Source of the DNA: a virus
Taxonomy: Duplodnaviria; Caudoviricetes
Reading direction: 5' to 3' (one strand)
Virus record (IMG/VR): IMGVR_UViG_3300030330_003094
Location: 1-28,569 of that record
Length of the DNA: 28,569 nt
The position numbers and the translations under genes were made by a program. Numbering within the stretch: the stretch's first letter is position 1; each line of letters starts with the position of its first letter. The notes below the pieces were generated by a model. It did no database searches, had not been told where the DNA came from, and saw nothing but the letters and a program-made list of their open reading frames with translations. Below are positions 26,529 through 28,569 of the stretch, one piece after another.

Positions 26529-27625
26529 GAGTTTTCACAGGCAATACTATGCAGATACTTACCATATCCACCAGAGTCAATGTAGAAGTTTGTATTGACC
26601 AAGAAGTAAAGATCAGGGAATGGAATGGTTCTTTCTGGATCAACAAGACGTTCTGTCTGCATCTTCATCATCTCATAGTCACCAAGTTCATTATAACACT
26701 CAGCAAGTCCTACGATACTTTCATTGCGACGTGGGCACCAGTCTTCTGCCTCAATAAAGAATGAAATGGCTTTCTCAAACTCTTGACTCTTACGATACAT
26801 CTCACCAATACAATAGAGACTCATATAAATCATCTCATTGACGAATGGTTCTTCAATATTCTTGTAGTTGTGCACCCTATCAAGATAGTTTTCAAAATAA
26901 AAGATAGAGCGTCTAGCATATTCTTTGGTATGAGTCATCCCAAGAGGATAATCACCCAGGTTTACTGCATCATAATAACTCTTACCAATATACCAAAAGT
27001 GATATGGGTCTTCCAAAAGTTTACCACCAGCAACTTGAGTCTTCTCAAGTTCTACAGCGTCCACAAGAAACTTATTCGGGTCTTCCCAGGTAACACCATC
27101 ATTGGTAATAACGTGTCTGAACCCAGGAGCTAGGTTAAATGCATTATGTTGAGCACCACTACGAAGATGAACAGTCTCGTGACGACGATCATGTTCAAAA
27201 TACCAGTCTAACTTAGCATTCCAGAACCAAGTCCTGTAGTAGATAGAACCAGCACTTCTTGCAGTGATATTGAAACACTCAAAGTTTGTATCATTGATAG
27301 GAGACCAGTCAAAGTCATCATCAACTTTTAACTGCTCATCAGCATCCATACGAAGAATCCAGTCACATCCATGCTTAGCGTTAAGAGCAGTCTGTAGTGT
27401 ATGGTCTCTGTTTATTCCAGGATAATCCCATTCATGGTTGTATGTAAACCCAGGAATGTCTTTATCCTTAAAGAAGTCTTCAATAATACTCTGAGTTTTA
27501 TCATTACCATTGCACTGAATGACCCAATAGTCAATGTATTCATAACAAGACTTGAGCATCCGTTCAATACAATGCTCCTCATTCCCAACCATTGCGTTGA
27601 GACATATCTTTGCTTCTTTTTTCAT
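26525..27625 (-). CDS. Glycosyltransferase family 2 with C-terminal TPR repeats
   Basis: ICLNAMVGNEEHCIERML, DWILRMDADE (DxD), RHE, and TPR-like helices. Confidence 0.85.
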   Translation of the reverse strand: MKKEAKICLNAMVGNEEHCIERMLKSCYEYIDYWVIQCNGNDKTQSIIEDFFKDKDIPGFTYNHEWDYPGINRDHTLQTALNAKHGCDWILRMDADEQLKVDDDFDWSPINDTNFECFNITARSAGSIYYRTWFWNAKLDWYFEHDRRHETVHLRSGAQHNAFNLAPGFRHVITNDGVTWEDPNKFLVDAVELEKTQVAGGKLLEDPYHFWYIGKSYYDAVNLGDYPLGMTHTKEYARRSIFYFENYLDRVHNYKNIEEPFVNEMIYMSLYCIGEMYRKSQEFEKAISFFIEAEDWCPRRNESIVGLAECYNELGDYEMMKMQTERLVDPERTIPFPDLYFLVNTNFYIDSGGYGKYLHSIACENS

Positions 27626-28569
27626 ATCGAAAGGATTCCGGGCAAACGAGTTTCATTTTTGATAGCAACTAACCAGGCAGATACAACTGGAATATTGGGT
27701 GCCATCTCCCACGTATCTAGACGATAACTCTGGAAACGAATGTCTTTGTTTCTAATGTATCTTGCTTTGCTTGCGTCTGTGTAATACCAGAAACTATGTT
27801 CGTTCCAGAAACTTACATGAGTGGGGTCTTGCCATGCTCCTCTACCGTCTGTAGAAGGCACCTCAATGAATGCCCAACCACCATGTGCAAGAACACGGTG
27901 TATCTCCCTCATCGTCTTTACAGGGTCTCTCAGGTGCTCAATCACATGACTGGCGTTGAGAACACCTACAGAGTTATCTGGTAGAGGAATACCATCATTC
28001 AAGTCACAGGTGATGTCAGCGTCTTCCTGATCGATGGTGATGTATCCAGGTCTTCCATCAATACCACCACCCATATCGACCATCATGAGGTCACGGTGCT
28101 TAGCATCATACTCAGCTAGAGCAAAAGCATTCTCTCTAAAGATCTCTACCGTCTTGGTCTGTATCTGAGCGTTTCTTTCAAGATAAGTATTATCTCCAGT
28201 GATGCGATACACATACAATGGTTTCTGAATATGATGCATCTTGGTATTCAAGTATGTGCGAACCATCAATTCATGGTCATCACAAATACTTAAGTCTTTA
28301 TGTCCACCCAGTTCACGATAGACTGAAGTTCTCCAAGAACGAACATGGTCTGGAGCATACCAAATGAAACCAATACTATGACTAGTTGGTTCCCAAGTTT
28401 TCATAACCGTAAGGTCTTTACCTTCGTGGTTATATTTGTAATGTTTCCATCCATGCTGAGCATTGTATGGAACAAAGTTGTCATCAAGAATAGCAGAGTC
28501 ACTATATACAAACCCAACCTGTGGATCTTGATATGCTTTGTTCAGTTCCTCAAGACAGTCTGGGGTGAT
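27622..28569 (-). CDS. GT2 glycosyltransferase fused to a class I SAM methyltransferase; 5' end outside the window
   Basis: Frame stays open to the window edge (ITPDCLEEL...VGFVYSD). GT2 motifs YRELGGH, DDHEL, LYVYR; then VDMGGG, LPDNSV, ASHVIEHL, EIHRVL..GG, DPTH. Confidence 0.85.
   Translation of the reverse strand: MTPDCLEELNKAYQDPQVGFVYSDSAILDDNFVPYNAQHGWKHYKYNHEGKDLTVMKTWEPTSHSIGFIWYAPDHVRSWRTSVYRELGGHKDLSICDDHELMVRTYLNTKMHHIQKPLYVYRITGDNTYLERNAQIQTKTVEIFRENAFALAEYDAKHRDLMMVDMGGGIDGRPGYITIDQEDADITCDLNDGIPLPDNSVGVLNASHVIEHLRDPVKTMREIHRVLAHGGWAFIEVPSTDGRGAWQDPTHVSFWNEHSFWYYTDASKARYIRNKDIRFQSYRLDTWEMAPNIPVVSAWLVAIKNETRLPGILSI

Overview
This window is part of a T4-like marine cyanophage (cyanomyovirus) genome. 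From 1 to 17.8 kb is a late virion module: two collagen-like fibre genes, structural proteins, a split gp5, hub and tape-measure-like genes (one with an M15 peptidase domain), gp51, gp26, a gp54/gp19-like gene, gp4, gp2, gp48 and gp53, with TAAATA late promoters. From 17.8 to 23.4 kb is the core replication/transcription block: a Mom-like GNAT gene, gp32, DUF1825, gp59, gp33, a PD-(D/E)XK exonuclease, phoH and thyX. From 24.4 to 28.6 kb are small conserved genes, glutaredoxin, a 2OG-Fe(II) oxygenase-like gene and two glycosyltransferases. The most unusual part is 23.4-24.4 kb on the minus strand. There a sigma70 promoter with NtcA-type boxes is followed by two glutamine (glnA-class) riboswitch-like aptamers. 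Each aptamer has a small ORF inserted in its P2 loop, and the two ORFs look paralogous (C-x35-C). The aptamers appear to share one P3/E-loop helix and lie upstream of DUF4278-like (YRG) genes. All family calls come from motif recognition by eye; no searches were run.
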